Assembly (NCBI RefSeq): GCF_000283555.1
Contig: NC_016012.1
Location: forward strand, 475,497-507,496
DNA length: 32,000 nucleotides
Reading direction: 5' to 3'
Origin: Candidatus Arthromitus sp. SFB-rat-Yit
GTDB lineage: Bacteria; Bacillota; Clostridia; Clostridiales; Clostridiaceae
In this document: positions 8,226 through 17,323 of the stretch, piece after piece
Layout: every line of letters starts with the position of its first letter
Position numbering within the stretch: the first letter of the stretch is position 1
Notes under the pieces: model-generated
What the model saw: the letters and a program-made list of their open reading frames with translations, nothing else
Database searches by the model: none
What the model was told of the DNA's origin: nothing
Made by a program: the position numbers and the translations under genes

Positions 8226-9572
8226 ATGTTAAAAAATAAAATTAAGAAAATATTATCAGTTGTAGCTTTAGGAGCATTAATAACAGTTGGAGCAGGAAGT
8301 GTAAAATCAATGGCAGTTAATACGCAACAAAATACAGCAGCAGTTGTTGCAGAAGATTATTCATATAGTAATTATGGATATGAAGATCTTATACAAGAGA
8401 TGTTGGATGAAGGATATATAGATCAAAATAGAGCTACTACTCTTAGAAGTGGTATTAATTCTGAAAATGGACAAATTGAAATAGATAAAACGTATGATTT
8501 ATATTTAGTTGATTTAGATGTAAAAGAGGGATATTACAGCAAAGAAGCTGGAGAAATTTATAAAAGAGTGATAGAAGCAGAATATGCAGGAAATTATGAT
8601 TTAGCTGATCAAATATATGACGAGCTTATTGTACAGTTAGATAAAGAAGGAGTAACAGCAGACGAAGATTTAGCAGGGTACTATAGTGAACTTGTAAGTG
8701 AAATGAAAGATGCTGGATATATAGATCAAGATAGAGCTAATACTTTCACAAATGATATTAATTCTGAAAATGTACAATTTGAAATAGAGAAAGCTTATTA
8801 TTTATATTTAATTGATTTAGATGTAAAAGAAGGGTATTACAGTAAAGAAGCTGGGGAAATGCATAAAAGATTGATAGAAGCAGAATACGCGGGAAATTAT
8901 GATTTAGCTGATCAAATATATGATGAGTTTATGGCACAGTTAGAGAAAGAAGGAGTAACAGTAAATGAAGATCTATCAGGGTACTATAGTGAGATTATAA
9001 GCGAAATGAAAGATGCTGGATATATAGATCAAAATAAAGCTAATACTTTTACAAATGATATTAATTCTGAAAATGTACAACTTGAAATAGATAAAATGTA
9101 TGATTTATATTTAATTGATTTAGATGTAAAAGAAGGATATTACAGTAAAGAAGCAGGAGAAATTTATAAAAGAGTGATAGAAGCAGAATATGCAGGAAAT
9201 TATGATTTAGCTGATCAAATATACGACGAGCTTATGGTACAGTTAAACAAAGAAGGAGTAACAGCAGACGAAGATTTAGCAGGGTACTATAGTGAACTTA
9301 TAAGTGAAATGAAAGATGCTGGATATATAGATCAAAATAAAGTTAATACTTTTACAAATGATATTAATTCTGAAAATGTACAACTTGAAATAGATAAAGC
9401 GTATGATTTATATTTAATCGATTTAGATGTAAAAGAGGGATATTACAGTAAAGAAGCTGCAGAAATAGAGAAGAGGTTAGTAGAAGCAGAATACGCAGGA
9501 AATTATGATTTAGCTGATCAAATATATGACGAGCTTATGGTACAGTTAGAGAAAGAAGGATTATTCCAATAG
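8226..9572 (+). CDS. Secreted acidic tandem-repeat protein of unknown function (4 x ~101 aa)
   Basis: I prefer the ATG at 8226. AGGAG at 8212-8216 directly abuts the track ATG at 8217 but lies 9 nt from 8226. Signal peptide MLKNKIKKILSVVALGALITVGAGSVKSMA, probably cleaved after SMA. The rest of the protein is four repeats. I recognise no known domain. Confidence 0.8.
   Translation: MLKNKIKKILSVVALGALITVGAGSVKSMAVNTQQNTAAVVAEDYSYSNYGYEDLIQEMLDEGYIDQNRATTLRSGINSENGQIEIDKTYDLYLVDLDVKEGYYSKEAGEIYKRVIEAEYAGNYDLADQIYDELIVQLDKEGVTADEDLAGYYSELVSEMKDAGYIDQDRANTFTNDINSENVQFEIEKAYYLYLIDLDVKEGYYSKEAGEMHKRLIEAEYAGNYDLADQIYDEFMAQLEKEGVTVNEDLSGYYSEIISEMKDAGYIDQNKANTFTNDINSENVQLEIDKMYDLYLIDLDVKEGYYSKEAGEIYKRVIEAEYAGNYDLADQIYDELMVQLNKEGVTADEDLAGYYSELISEMKDAGYIDQNKVNTFTNDINSENVQLEIDKAYDLYLIDLDVKEGYYSKEAAEIEKRLVEAEYAGNYDLADQIYDELMVQLEKEGLFQ
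8352..9569 (+). repeat. Coding tandem repeat, period 303 bp, 4 units (starts 8352, 8664, 8967, 9270; first unit 312 bp)
   Basis: Unit boundaries were checked codon by codon (the E-D-L/Y... starts). Alternate units are more alike than adjacent ones. 8521-8700 vs 9127-9306 differ at 8 of 180 nt by my count, while 8521-8580 vs 8824-8883 differ at 7 of 60 nt. Confidence 0.9.
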
Positions 9573-9616
9573 ATTAATTTAGGAAATTTATCTATTGAAA
9601 GGTAAATAAATTAATT

Positions 9617-9649
9617 AAAGAAAGCTTTGTTTCAAAGCTTTCTTTTTTT
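9617..9649. terminator. Bidirectional rho-independent terminator between convergent genes
   Basis: 13-bp stem aaagaaagctttg / caaagctttcttt with a ttt loop. An A-run lies on the left and a T-run on the right. It overlaps the stop codon of the minus-strand small ORF. Confidence 0.8.
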
Positions 9650-9878
9650 ATGTGAGAGCATCACGTACATAAATGACGTCACAGTTTAAATGAGTAAATA
9701 AAGGTTCTATTGATGTTTTGAATTCTCCAAGTTCATAATTTAAAGATTGATTAAATAAAACTTGATTCGTTGTGTTGTTAACAACCAATAAAGTTCCATT
9801 TGTAATGTCGTATGTGATTTCCATCTGTGAATCATTGGACCTTATATAATTTAATAAATCGTTAATTGAATTAAACAT
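9648..9878 (-). CDS. Small hypothetical protein (76 aa)
   Basis: ATG at 9878 with GGAGGTG 5 nt upstream on the minus strand. The track start at 9905 lacks an RBS. I recognise no motif. Confidence 0.55.
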   Translation of the reverse strand: MFNSINDLLNYIRSNDSQMEITYDITNGTLLVVNNTTNQVLFNQSLNYELGEFKTSIEPLFTHLNCDVIYVRDALT

Positions 9879-10001
9879 AATTACACCTCCTAAATTTATA
9901 AACACTTTAATTATTTCAAGTAAATTAGAAACTATTCAATATGTTTTTAAAATTATAGTTTATATGTTAGAATTGCAGTATGAATTTAATAGGAGGAGTG
10001 T

Positions 10002-11774
10002 ATGTTAGAACGGTGGATTTTGAGGAATAGAAATACTTTGGTTGAAGGATTAGAAACGCTTAAAATATCTAATAAAATTTTGAAAATACTTATAAATAGA
10101 GATTTTAAAAATTTTGATGACATTAAAAATTACATATATCCGAGTGAAGTTTTGTTGAATGATCCATTTAAATTAAAAGATTTTCAAAAGGCTATAGATA
10201 TTTTGATTTCATTAGTTGAGAGTGGAGATAGGTTAAGAATTGTTGGAGATTATGATGTTGATGGTATAAGTAGTGTTTACATATTGTATAGAACTTTTAA
10301 AAATATTGGGATTAATGTTGATTTTGTAATACCTGATAGAGTTAAAGATGGTTATGGAATAAATACAAGGATAGTTAGTGAAGCAAAGAATGATGGTATT
10401 AAATTTTTAATTACATGTGATAATGGAATTGCTGCTATTGATGTAATAAAATTTGCAAAAGAAAATGGATTTACGATAATTGTAACTGATCATCATGATA
10501 TTCAAATTGTTAATGGTGAGAATGGAAATTTTGAAAAGGTTTTGCCAGATGCTGATGTGATTTTGAATCCAAAGCAAGATGATTGTACATATGAGTTTAA
10601 AAAACTTTGTGGTGCGGGAGTTTGTTTTAAACTATGTTGTGAGTTATACAGGAAGTTTGGATTGGAAAATAAAATAAATGAGTTGATTGAAATAACTGCC
10701 ATTGCAACTATTTGTGATGTTGTAGATTTGGAAGGGGAAAATAGATTTTTAGCAAAGAAAGGTATTGAGTTATTGAGGACAACAAATAACATTGGGCTTA
10801 ATGCTATAATAGATGTAAATTCTATATCGAGAGAAAATATTTGTTCATATGATATAGGTTATGTGATTGGTCCGTGTTTAAATGCTTTGGGAAGACTTGA
10901 TAGCGGTATGAAAGGATTGGATATCCTTTTGTGTGATGATAAGGAGAAGGCTTATGAGCTTGCAAGTGAGATAAAAGATTTAAATGATAAAAGGAAGTCC
11001 ATGACCTTAGAGGGATTTGTTGAAAGTTTGAAAATAATTAAAGAGGAGAATTATCTTAATTCAAATGTGATTGTTATCTACAATGAAAATATTCACGAAA
11101 GCATAGCGGGTATAATTGCTGGAAGAATCAAAGAGAGATTTTATAAACCCACGATTGTTTTAACAAAAGGTGAGGGATGTTGTAAGGGATCGGCTAGGTC
11201 GATTGAAGGAATAAATATTTTTGATTTAATCTCTGAGAATCGAGATTTACTTGAGGCTTTTGGAGGACATCCTATGGCAGCAGGATTATCTATAAAAGAA
11301 GAGAATATAAATTTGTTTAGAGATAGATTAAATAAGTCGAGTAGAATTGATAAAGATAAATATATAAACACTGTATATATTGATATTTTTTGTCCAATTC
11401 AAGAAATAGATTATGATTTTGTTAAGGATTTAGATAAACTTGAGCCGTTTGGGAAATCAAATCTAAAACCAGTTATTGGCGATAAGCATTTGAGAGTGTA
11501 TTCTATCAAGAGAATTGGAAAAAACAAGAATTACATTTCTATTAAATTAATTTCTACAGATGATAAAATTTTTGATTTTGTATATTTTGGGGATGCTGAA
11601 GAATTTGATAAATCATTTAGTAATTCTTATTCAAGAGTTGAACTTGAGAGGTTGTATTCCGGAAAATGTAATATGAACAATCAATTTTTTATTGATGTTT
11701 TGTATGAAGTGAGTATAGATAATTATAATTTTAGTGAAATGATAAAGTATTTCTTATTAAAATATAGATTTTAA
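10002..11774 (+). CDS. recJ: Single-stranded-DNA-specific 5'-3' exonuclease RecJ
   Basis: AGGAGGAG RBS. DHH-family motifs are present: G-D-Y-D-V-D-G (I), C-D-N-G (II), V-T-D-H-H-D (III) and G-G-H-P-M-A-A-G (DHHA1). Confidence 0.9.
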   Translation: MLERWILRNRNTLVEGLETLKISNKILKILINRDFKNFDDIKNYIYPSEVLLNDPFKLKDFQKAIDILISLVESGDRLRIVGDYDVDGISSVYILYRTFKNIGINVDFVIPDRVKDGYGINTRIVSEAKNDGIKFLITCDNGIAAIDVIKFAKENGFTIIVTDHHDIQIVNGENGNFEKVLPDADVILNPKQDDCTYEFKKLCGAGVCFKLCCELYRKFGLENKINELIEITAIATICDVVDLEGENRFLAKKGIELLRTTNNIGLNAIIDVNSISRENICSYDIGYVIGPCLNALGRLDSGMKGLDILLCDDKEKAYELASEIKDLNDKRKSMTLEGFVESLKIIKEENYLNSNVIVIYNENIHESIAGIIAGRIKERFYKPTIVLTKGEGCCKGSARSIEGINIFDLISENRDLLEAFGGHPMAAGLSIKEENINLFRDRLNKSSRIDKDKYINTVYIDIFCPIQEIDYDFVKDLDKLEPFGKSNLKPVIGDKHLRVYSIKRIGKNKNYISIKLISTDDKIFDFVYFGDAEEFDKSFSNSYSRVELERLYSGKCNMNNQFFIDVLYEVSIDNYNFSEMIKYFLLKYRF

Positions 11775-11785
11775 AGGTGATTACT

Positions 11786-13444
11786 ATGGAACTGAATGAA
11801 ATTGATATTATTAATTCATTTAATGATATTGTTTTAATTACTGATCTCAATAATATTATAAAATCTTATAATAAAAAGGCTTATGAATCATTTTCATTTG
11901 ATAAGGACTTTTTAAAAGGCAAAAGTATAACTGATTTTATTGATGCGTTTGAAATAGGTATACATGATGATGTTATAAGTGATGAGGATTTTCATTTTGT
12001 TAATAAAATATCGAAAAATATTTTAAACTATGATACAAGAACTGTTGTGTTTAAGAGGGTTTTCAAAAGAAAGGAACTATTTTTTAAACTTGGAATTTAT
12101 GAACACAAATTATATGGTAATGAAGTAGTGGGAAATATTTATATATTAACGGATATTACAGATATTTATATGGATTATAGAGATTTAAGTAAAAGTAATG
12201 AGTCGATGAGAAATTATATTATTGATATGAAGGGACTTATTGATATAAAGCATAGATTGAATAAAAAGAAACATAATCAGTTTATTCATATAAACAATAT
12301 AATTAACAATTTGCACGATGGAATTATAGTAGTAGACAATATGTTTTCTGAGATTTATTGCAATGATGTGTATAAGAATACTTTTGATTTTACAGCTAGA
12401 GAATTTTTATCTTTAAAATTTTTAGATAATTATAAGGTTGATGCTATTGGGAATACTACGATTGATATTAGGGAGTTTTTAAGGAATATTAAATTCAAAA
12501 ATGAAAAGAGAACAGGCCAATTCTTATTTAAGAATATTGAAAAAAATATTGAAAAATATTTTCAAATAACATTGAACACTATAGATTATCATGATAATTC
12601 TAAGCTCAAATATCATAATATTATTATATTTTCTGATATAACTCAAATTAAAACCCAAGAGTTATTAAAAGATGATTTTTTCAACATGGTATCTCATGAA
12701 TTAAGAACGCCGATTACTTTAATAAAATCATCTCTTCAAGCACTTGAAAATTTGTGTAGAGATGAAGTGACAATAGGAATGAAAAAATATTTAAATATGA
12801 TGAATAAAAATAGTTCAAGGTTGTTAAAACTTATTAATAATATTTTAGATTTATCAAAAGCGGAATCTGGTTATATGTTACCTATTATGAGTTATTTTGA
12901 TATAGTTATTATAACTGAAGACATAGTTACGTCAATAAATTTGCATGCCAATCACAAAAAAAATATAAAAGTTATATTTGAACCAAATGTTGAAGAAGAG
13001 TATTTGTATTTTGATAAAGAAATGTATGAGAAGATTTTATTAAATTTATTATCTAATGCAATTAAATTCACCCCAAACAATAAAATGGTGTATGTTAACC
13101 TGATTATAAATAGTGATAATTTTGTATTGAAAGTAAGAGATCAAGGAATTGGAATACCTAAAGATAAATTAAATGGAGTTTTTGATAAATTTAATCAGGT
13201 TAGTTCTGTTTTGAGTCGTGGTGCAGAGGGAAGTGGGATAGGTTTATCCATAGTAAAGAGATTTGTTGATATATTAGGGGGTAAAATTGTTATTAATAGT
13301 GATATTGGAATTGGAACGGAATTTATTTTAACGTTTAATAAAACTATTATTGATAATGATTTTGAGATGATTGAGGAAGATATATTGATAAATGATGATG
13401 TTAGTTCAAAAGTAGACATCCATTTTTCTGATATTTATTCTTAA
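11786..13444 (+). CDS. Cytoplasmic PAS-domain sensor histidine kinase (orphan: no response regulator nearby)
   Basis: ATG at 11786 with an AAGGTGA RBS, 11 nt after the recJ stop. H-box F-F-N-M-V-S-H-E-L-R-T-P, N-box LLNLLSNAIKFTP, D/G1 box VRDQGIGIP and G2 box GSGIGLSIV are present. Two PAS-like segments lie in the N-terminal half. No hydrophobic TM segment was seen. Confidence 0.85.
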   Translation: MELNEIDIINSFNDIVLITDLNNIIKSYNKKAYESFSFDKDFLKGKSITDFIDAFEIGIHDDVISDEDFHFVNKISKNILNYDTRTVVFKRVFKRKELFFKLGIYEHKLYGNEVVGNIYILTDITDIYMDYRDLSKSNESMRNYIIDMKGLIDIKHRLNKKKHNQFIHINNIINNLHDGIIVVDNMFSEIYCNDVYKNTFDFTAREFLSLKFLDNYKVDAIGNTTIDIREFLRNIKFKNEKRTGQFLFKNIEKNIEKYFQITLNTIDYHDNSKLKYHNIIIFSDITQIKTQELLKDDFFNMVSHELRTPITLIKSSLQALENLCRDEVTIGMKKYLNMMNKNSSRLLKLINNILDLSKAESGYMLPIMSYFDIVIITEDIVTSINLHANHKKNIKVIFEPNVEEEYLYFDKEMYEKILLNLLSNAIKFTPNNKMVYVNLIINSDNFVLKVRDQGIGIPKDKLNGVFDKFNQVSSVLSRGAEGSGIGLSIVKRFVDILGGKIVINSDIGIGTEFILTFNKTIIDNDFEMIEEDILINDDVSSKVDIHFSDIYS

Positions 13445-13492
13445 ATTAAAGACTATATTAAAATTTATTTCAGTATAAAGAGGGCATTATAG

Positions 13493-14560
13493 ATGAATAA
13501 GAAAATTATATTAACTGGTGGTGGAACGGCAGGTCATGTTATTCCGAATATTGCAATAATACCTAAATTGAGAGAAATGGGATATGATATTGTTTATATT
13601 GGGAGTAGGACTGGGATAGAGAAGGAATTAATAGAATCACAAAAAATAAAATATTACGGTATAAGTACAGGTAAGCTTAGGCGTTATATTGATATTAATA
13701 ATATTAAGGATCCTTTTAGAGTTATTAGGGGTGTTTTTGAGGCAAGTAGTATAATTAAAAAAGAGAAGCCGAATATTGTATTTTCAAAGGGTGGATTTGT
13801 TGCTATCCCTGTAATATTGGGTGCATTTAGAAATAGAGTGCCTATAGTTTCTCATGAATCGGATATTACCCCAGGACTTGCAAATAAGATTGCTATGCCA
13901 TTTATAAAGAAAATATGTACAACCTTCCCAGAAACAGAGAGATATATTGGAAGTAAAAAAATCGAGTTAACGGGAACTCCAATACGAAAAGAATTGTTTC
14001 TCGGAAGTGAGATAAAAGGTAAAGAAATTTGTAAATTTAATAGTAATAAACCTATTATATTTGTAATGGGAGGTAGTCAAGGATCTGTTTTTATAAATAA
14101 TTTGATACGTAAGAATTTGGATAAACTTTTGGATAAATTTAATATAATTCATATTTGTGGTAAAAATAATTTGGATAATTCCTTGGAAAATAAGGATGGG
14201 TATATTCAAAATGAATATATTGGATATGAATTGCCACATTTATTGAAAATAAGTAATTTGATAATATCAAGAGCAGGATCAAATAGTATATATGAAATAC
14301 TTGCATTAAAAAAACCAAATATACTAATTCCATTATCAAAGCGAGCTAGTAGAGGGGATCAAATTTTAAATGCAAGGTCTTTTGCTGATAGAGGATTTAG
14401 TGAATTTATTGAAGAAGAAGATATAAAGAGTTTTGATGATTTGGGTAATCTTATAGATAAGGTTTACTCCAATAGAGAGAAATATATAAATAATATGAAT
14501 ATAAATTCTGACAATTCAATAGGAAATATAATTAATGTTATAGTTAAATATTCAAAATGA
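13493..14560 (+). CDS. murG: UDP-GlcNAc:lipid I N-acetylglucosaminyltransferase MurG
   Basis: N-terminal L-T-G-G-G-T-A-G-H-V-I-P glycine-rich loop. The C-terminal half has GGSQGS and the RAGSNSIYE...P.ILIP motif characteristic of GT28/MurG. 355 aa. Confidence 0.88.
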   Translation: MNKKIILTGGGTAGHVIPNIAIIPKLREMGYDIVYIGSRTGIEKELIESQKIKYYGISTGKLRRYIDINNIKDPFRVIRGVFEASSIIKKEKPNIVFSKGGFVAIPVILGAFRNRVPIVSHESDITPGLANKIAMPFIKKICTTFPETERYIGSKKIELTGTPIRKELFLGSEIKGKEICKFNSNKPIIFVMGGSQGSVFINNLIRKNLDKLLDKFNIIHICGKNNLDNSLENKDGYIQNEYIGYELPHLLKISNLIISRAGSNSIYEILALKKPNILIPLSKRASRGDQILNARSFADRGFSEFIEEEDIKSFDDLGNLIDKVYSNREKYINNMNINSDNSIGNIINVIVKYSK

Positions 14561-14597
14561 AAAAGGAGAATTCAATTTTAAGTTGAATTCTCCTTTT
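14561..14597. terminator. Bidirectional rho-independent terminator between murG and the convergent membrane-protein gene
   Basis: 15-bp perfect stem aaaaggagaattcaa / ttgaattctcctttt with a 7-nt loop. The A/T runs are part of the stem ends. Confidence 0.8.
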
Positions 14598-14600
14598 ATA

Positions 14601-15185
14601 TTAAAAATTTTTGTATATACCAGATGTTAGTATGTTTAGGAGTTTATCTGACACAATTATATTCCATTGGTTATTTTTCTTGGATAGTTTCACATCTAAG
14701 ATTACAGAAGATTTATATTTTGTGGATTCTAATGATTCAAGAAATTTTTCGTATTTATTTTGACCATCATTGTTTAGGAATGATGATTCATTTTTAAAAA
14801 AGTTTAATATGTGTTTTCCAAGATCAAAATATGTAAATCTTATTTTTAGAGTTGATGAGTTTAAAAATGTTTTTGAAGATAATATCTCATAATTTATATT
14901 AAACATTATGTTTCGTAGTTCAGTAATTATTTTTGATTTAGTCTCATTATCTAATTGATTTAATATATTATCAAATACATTGTTTATATCTGGTATTGAT
15001 ATATTTGATAAGTAGGTATTAGCTTGATTGATATCTTTTGATGTATATGAGTACATAAAATCTTTAAAGGCTATTTGACTGTTTTTAGATACTGATAAAG
15101 AAAAGTGGATAATAAGACCTAATGCTATAGAAATTAATATTACACAACATAGTTTTAATAATATATTTTTACCTATAATTTTCAC
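14601..15185 (-). CDS. Hypothetical N-terminally membrane-anchored protein (194 aa)
   Basis: GTG start with a GGACGGA RBS-like sequence upstream. There is one N-terminal hydrophobic helix (LLKLCCVILISIALGLIIHF) followed by a soluble domain. I recognise no motif. Confidence 0.5.
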   Translation of the reverse strand: MKIIGKNILLKLCCVILISIALGLIIHFSLSVSKNSQIAFKDFMYSYTSKDINQANTYLSNISIPDINNVFDNILNQLDNETKSKIITELRNIMFNINYEILSSKTFLNSSTLKIRFTYFDLGKHILNFFKNESSFLNNDGQNKYEKFLESLESTKYKSSVILDVKLSKKNNQWNIIVSDKLLNILTSGIYKNF

Positions 15186-15235
15186 GCTAGTCCGTCCTTT
15201 ATATTAGATTATTTTAGAAGTTTAAAGGTGATCTT

Positions 15236-16345
15236 ATGAAAAAGAATAACAAAAAATTAAAGAATTATACTGATAAAAAATTAATTAATTTAAGATTGTT
15301 ACAAATAAGGTTAATAAGTAGGCTGAACGCACCCGATTTAGAGTATAAAATCTATAACCTTCAACAATTAATTAAACTTCTTGAAGGAGATGAATTTTAT
15401 GATCCTACATTAGGTAGACAGTATTTGGAAGAAATAAAAAATAATAATTTTAATTGTATTGAGCAAATTAAAGAAAATAATTTGACATTGGATTTAAATT
15501 TTAAAAGTGATTTTAAGGAATTAATATATAACCTTAAGAAAATAATTTACGATGGAAATTACGAAAAAGCAATAGAACTTGGAAATAAAATAGGAGAAAT
15601 ATATCAAAAAAAGGATTTGATATGGTTTTTAATAGCTTTATGCCATGATTTAAATGGAGATAAAGAAGAGAGTATATTCTATTATAAACGATCCATACTT
15701 TTAAATGAATTTGAAGTTAAATATTATTATTATTTAGCAAATGTATATATAGACATAGGTGATTTAAAAAATGCTAATAAGTATATTTCATATGCTTTAA
15801 AGTTGGATTGTGAAAGTAGATATATACTTGAATCTCATGCATATATTTTGTTGCACAACAATCAGTATGATGCTGCAATTGGTATTTTTAAAGAATTTAT
15901 ATCTGATACGGATCAGTACAAAAATGTTAATAGAATAATTTCAATAATATATTTCCTGAAAGGTATCAATTATTCATATAAATCGAAGGATGGATATCTT
16001 TATAATATAGATAAGAACGATACATATAATGTTATTGCTTGTATAGACAAAGCTATGGAATTTGATAATAGCGATTTATATTTTAGAGGACATATTGAGA
16101 ATGCGAGAAATTCTTTAAAAATGTGTTTTGATTTAAAAAGAATATGGATTCTATTGATAACGAGTTTATTTTATATATTAAACATTCCATTTATTAAAGT
16201 TTTGGTTGTTATTATGTTGTTTGTGATATTCATATCAAGTTTTAAAATGGTTTGTGTGCTTGAACGATTTAAAATAACAAATGATGGAAGTAAAATTGAT
16301 AATTTTTGTGATAAAATAAATAGGATATTTTATTTTAAAAGATAG
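15236..16345 (+). CDS. TPR-like repeat protein with C-terminal transmembrane segments
   Basis: AAAGGTGA RBS. The central region has TPR-like helical-pair periodicity (e.g. YYYYLANVYIDIGDLKNANKYISYALKLD, HAYILLHNNQYDAAIGIFKEFI). The C-terminus has a hydrophobic stretch WILLITSLFYILNIPFIKVLVVIMLFVIFISSF. Confidence 0.5.
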   Translation: MKKNNKKLKNYTDKKLINLRLLQIRLISRLNAPDLEYKIYNLQQLIKLLEGDEFYDPTLGRQYLEEIKNNNFNCIEQIKENNLTLDLNFKSDFKELIYNLKKIIYDGNYEKAIELGNKIGEIYQKKDLIWFLIALCHDLNGDKEESIFYYKRSILLNEFEVKYYYYLANVYIDIGDLKNANKYISYALKLDCESRYILESHAYILLHNNQYDAAIGIFKEFISDTDQYKNVNRIISIIYFLKGINYSYKSKDGYLYNIDKNDTYNVIACIDKAMEFDNSDLYFRGHIENARNSLKMCFDLKRIWILLITSLFYILNIPFIKVLVVIMLFVIFISSFKMVCVLERFKITNDGSKIDNFCDKINRIFYFKR

Positions 16346-16365
16346 TTGAAATTGGAGGTATCAAA

Positions 16366-16854
16366 TTGACTACATTGTACGAACATAATATATTGGGATC
16401 TAAGATTTCGATGATCAGTACTACTTTTAATATACCATTTCTTTTTGGAGAGGGTACGATATGTTTATATGAACAGGGAGTAACTTTTTCTGATGAAAAT
16501 GGAGATGAGAAATACATTATAGGTTTAGATGAACTAGTTATCTTTTATGAAACATTTGTTAATATTAGAAATTTAAAATACATCCCAAATGTAAAAATTT
16601 TTACATCTGGTGTTTCTTTTAAATTTAAAAATCTGAATAAAAGATTAAGGTATGTTAAAGGAAGTTATTATGGGAAAATGGTTATTAACATAGATAAAAT
16701 AGGTAAAATAGAACTTTTGGATAATCAATCGTTTAAATATAGAAAGTTTTATAATATTGTTAATGATTTAAAAAATGGAATTAGTCCTTTAAATAATTTA
16801 GAGAAACAGAAAGAAACTTTTTTATCAAAGTTATTTAAATATAAATTGTTTTAA
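16366..16854 (+). CDS. Hypothetical protein (162 aa)
   Basis: TTG start with GGAGGT 6 nt upstream, 20 nt after the TPR gene stop, so it is probably co-transcribed. I recognise no motif. Confidence 0.45.
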   Translation: MTTLYEHNILGSKISMISTTFNIPFLFGEGTICLYEQGVTFSDENGDEKYIIGLDELVIFYETFVNIRNLKYIPNVKIFTSGVSFKFKNLNKRLRYVKGSYYGKMVINIDKIGKIELLDNQSFKYRKFYNIVNDLKNGISPLNNLEKQKETFLSKLFKYKLF

Positions 16855-16889
16855 AAACTTTTGGCAATTATTTGCCAAAAGTTTTTTTT
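16853..16889. terminator. Bidirectional rho-independent terminator between convergent genes
   Basis: 15-bp stem aaaaacttttggcaa / ttgccaaaagttttt with a 4-nt loop and an extended T-run. Confidence 0.8.
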
Positions 16890-16936
16890 ATAAAAATGAA
16901 TATTACTTTACATAATTTTAAAAAATATTAAGGAAT

Positions 16937-17323
16937 TTAATCGTTGAGTTCGAATGAGTACGTACCAACACCATTATCATATTTTAAATCTATGTAATAT
17001 GTTTTTTCGCTATTAGGGCTTAAGGTTATTTCTTGTTCTGATGGAGAGTTTATATTTAGGTATTCGTTATTATTTTCATCTACAATTGTTATTGATGTTT
17101 TACCTGTTCTAAGTTTTAGTGAAGTTTTTAAGGTGGATTCTTTTGAAATTGTAAATTTATAAGACTCATTTCCAGAAAATTTTGAAAAGTCTTGTGTTAT
17201 TTGTGAGTTTGGTTTGAGTTCACCTATTATTGTTCTCTTAGTTTTAGGAGCATTGGAACATGAAGTTAAAAATAAAGTGAGTGTTACAACAATTGTACCG
17301 AGTATTAAATATTTTGATCTCAT
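16937..17323 (-). CDS. Small lipoprotein of unknown function (128 aa)
   Basis: AAAGGAGAA RBS. The signal peptide MRSKYLILGTIVVTLTLFLTSC has the lipobox L-T-S-C. The mature part is beta-rich and Ser/Thr/Asn-rich. Confidence 0.7.
   Translation of the reverse strand: MRSKYLILGTIVVTLTLFLTSCSNAPKTKRTIIGELKPNSQITQDFSKFSGNESYKFTISKESTLKTSLKLRTGKTSITIVDENNNEYLNINSPSEQEITLSPNSEKTYYIDLKYDNGVGTYSFELND

Noticed and set aside
8352-9569. Regular tandem repeats, considered as a possible CRISPR array or non-coding satellite.
   Set aside because: The period is 303 bp with no unique spacers. The repeats are in frame within one long ORF that has a signal peptide. This is a coding repeat, not a CRISPR array.
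13493-14560. murG located away from other division/cell-wall (dcw) genes, considered as a possible second sporulation-specific copy.
   Set aside because: The window does not show whether another murG exists elsewhere, and murG placement varies among Firmicutes. This is not supportable from this sequence alone.
16335-16517. 60-aa minus-strand ORF spanning the junction between the TPR gene and the 162-aa gene.
   Set aside because: It overlaps the end of one plus-strand gene, the RBS and the start of the next. It has no RBS of its own and is most likely spurious.
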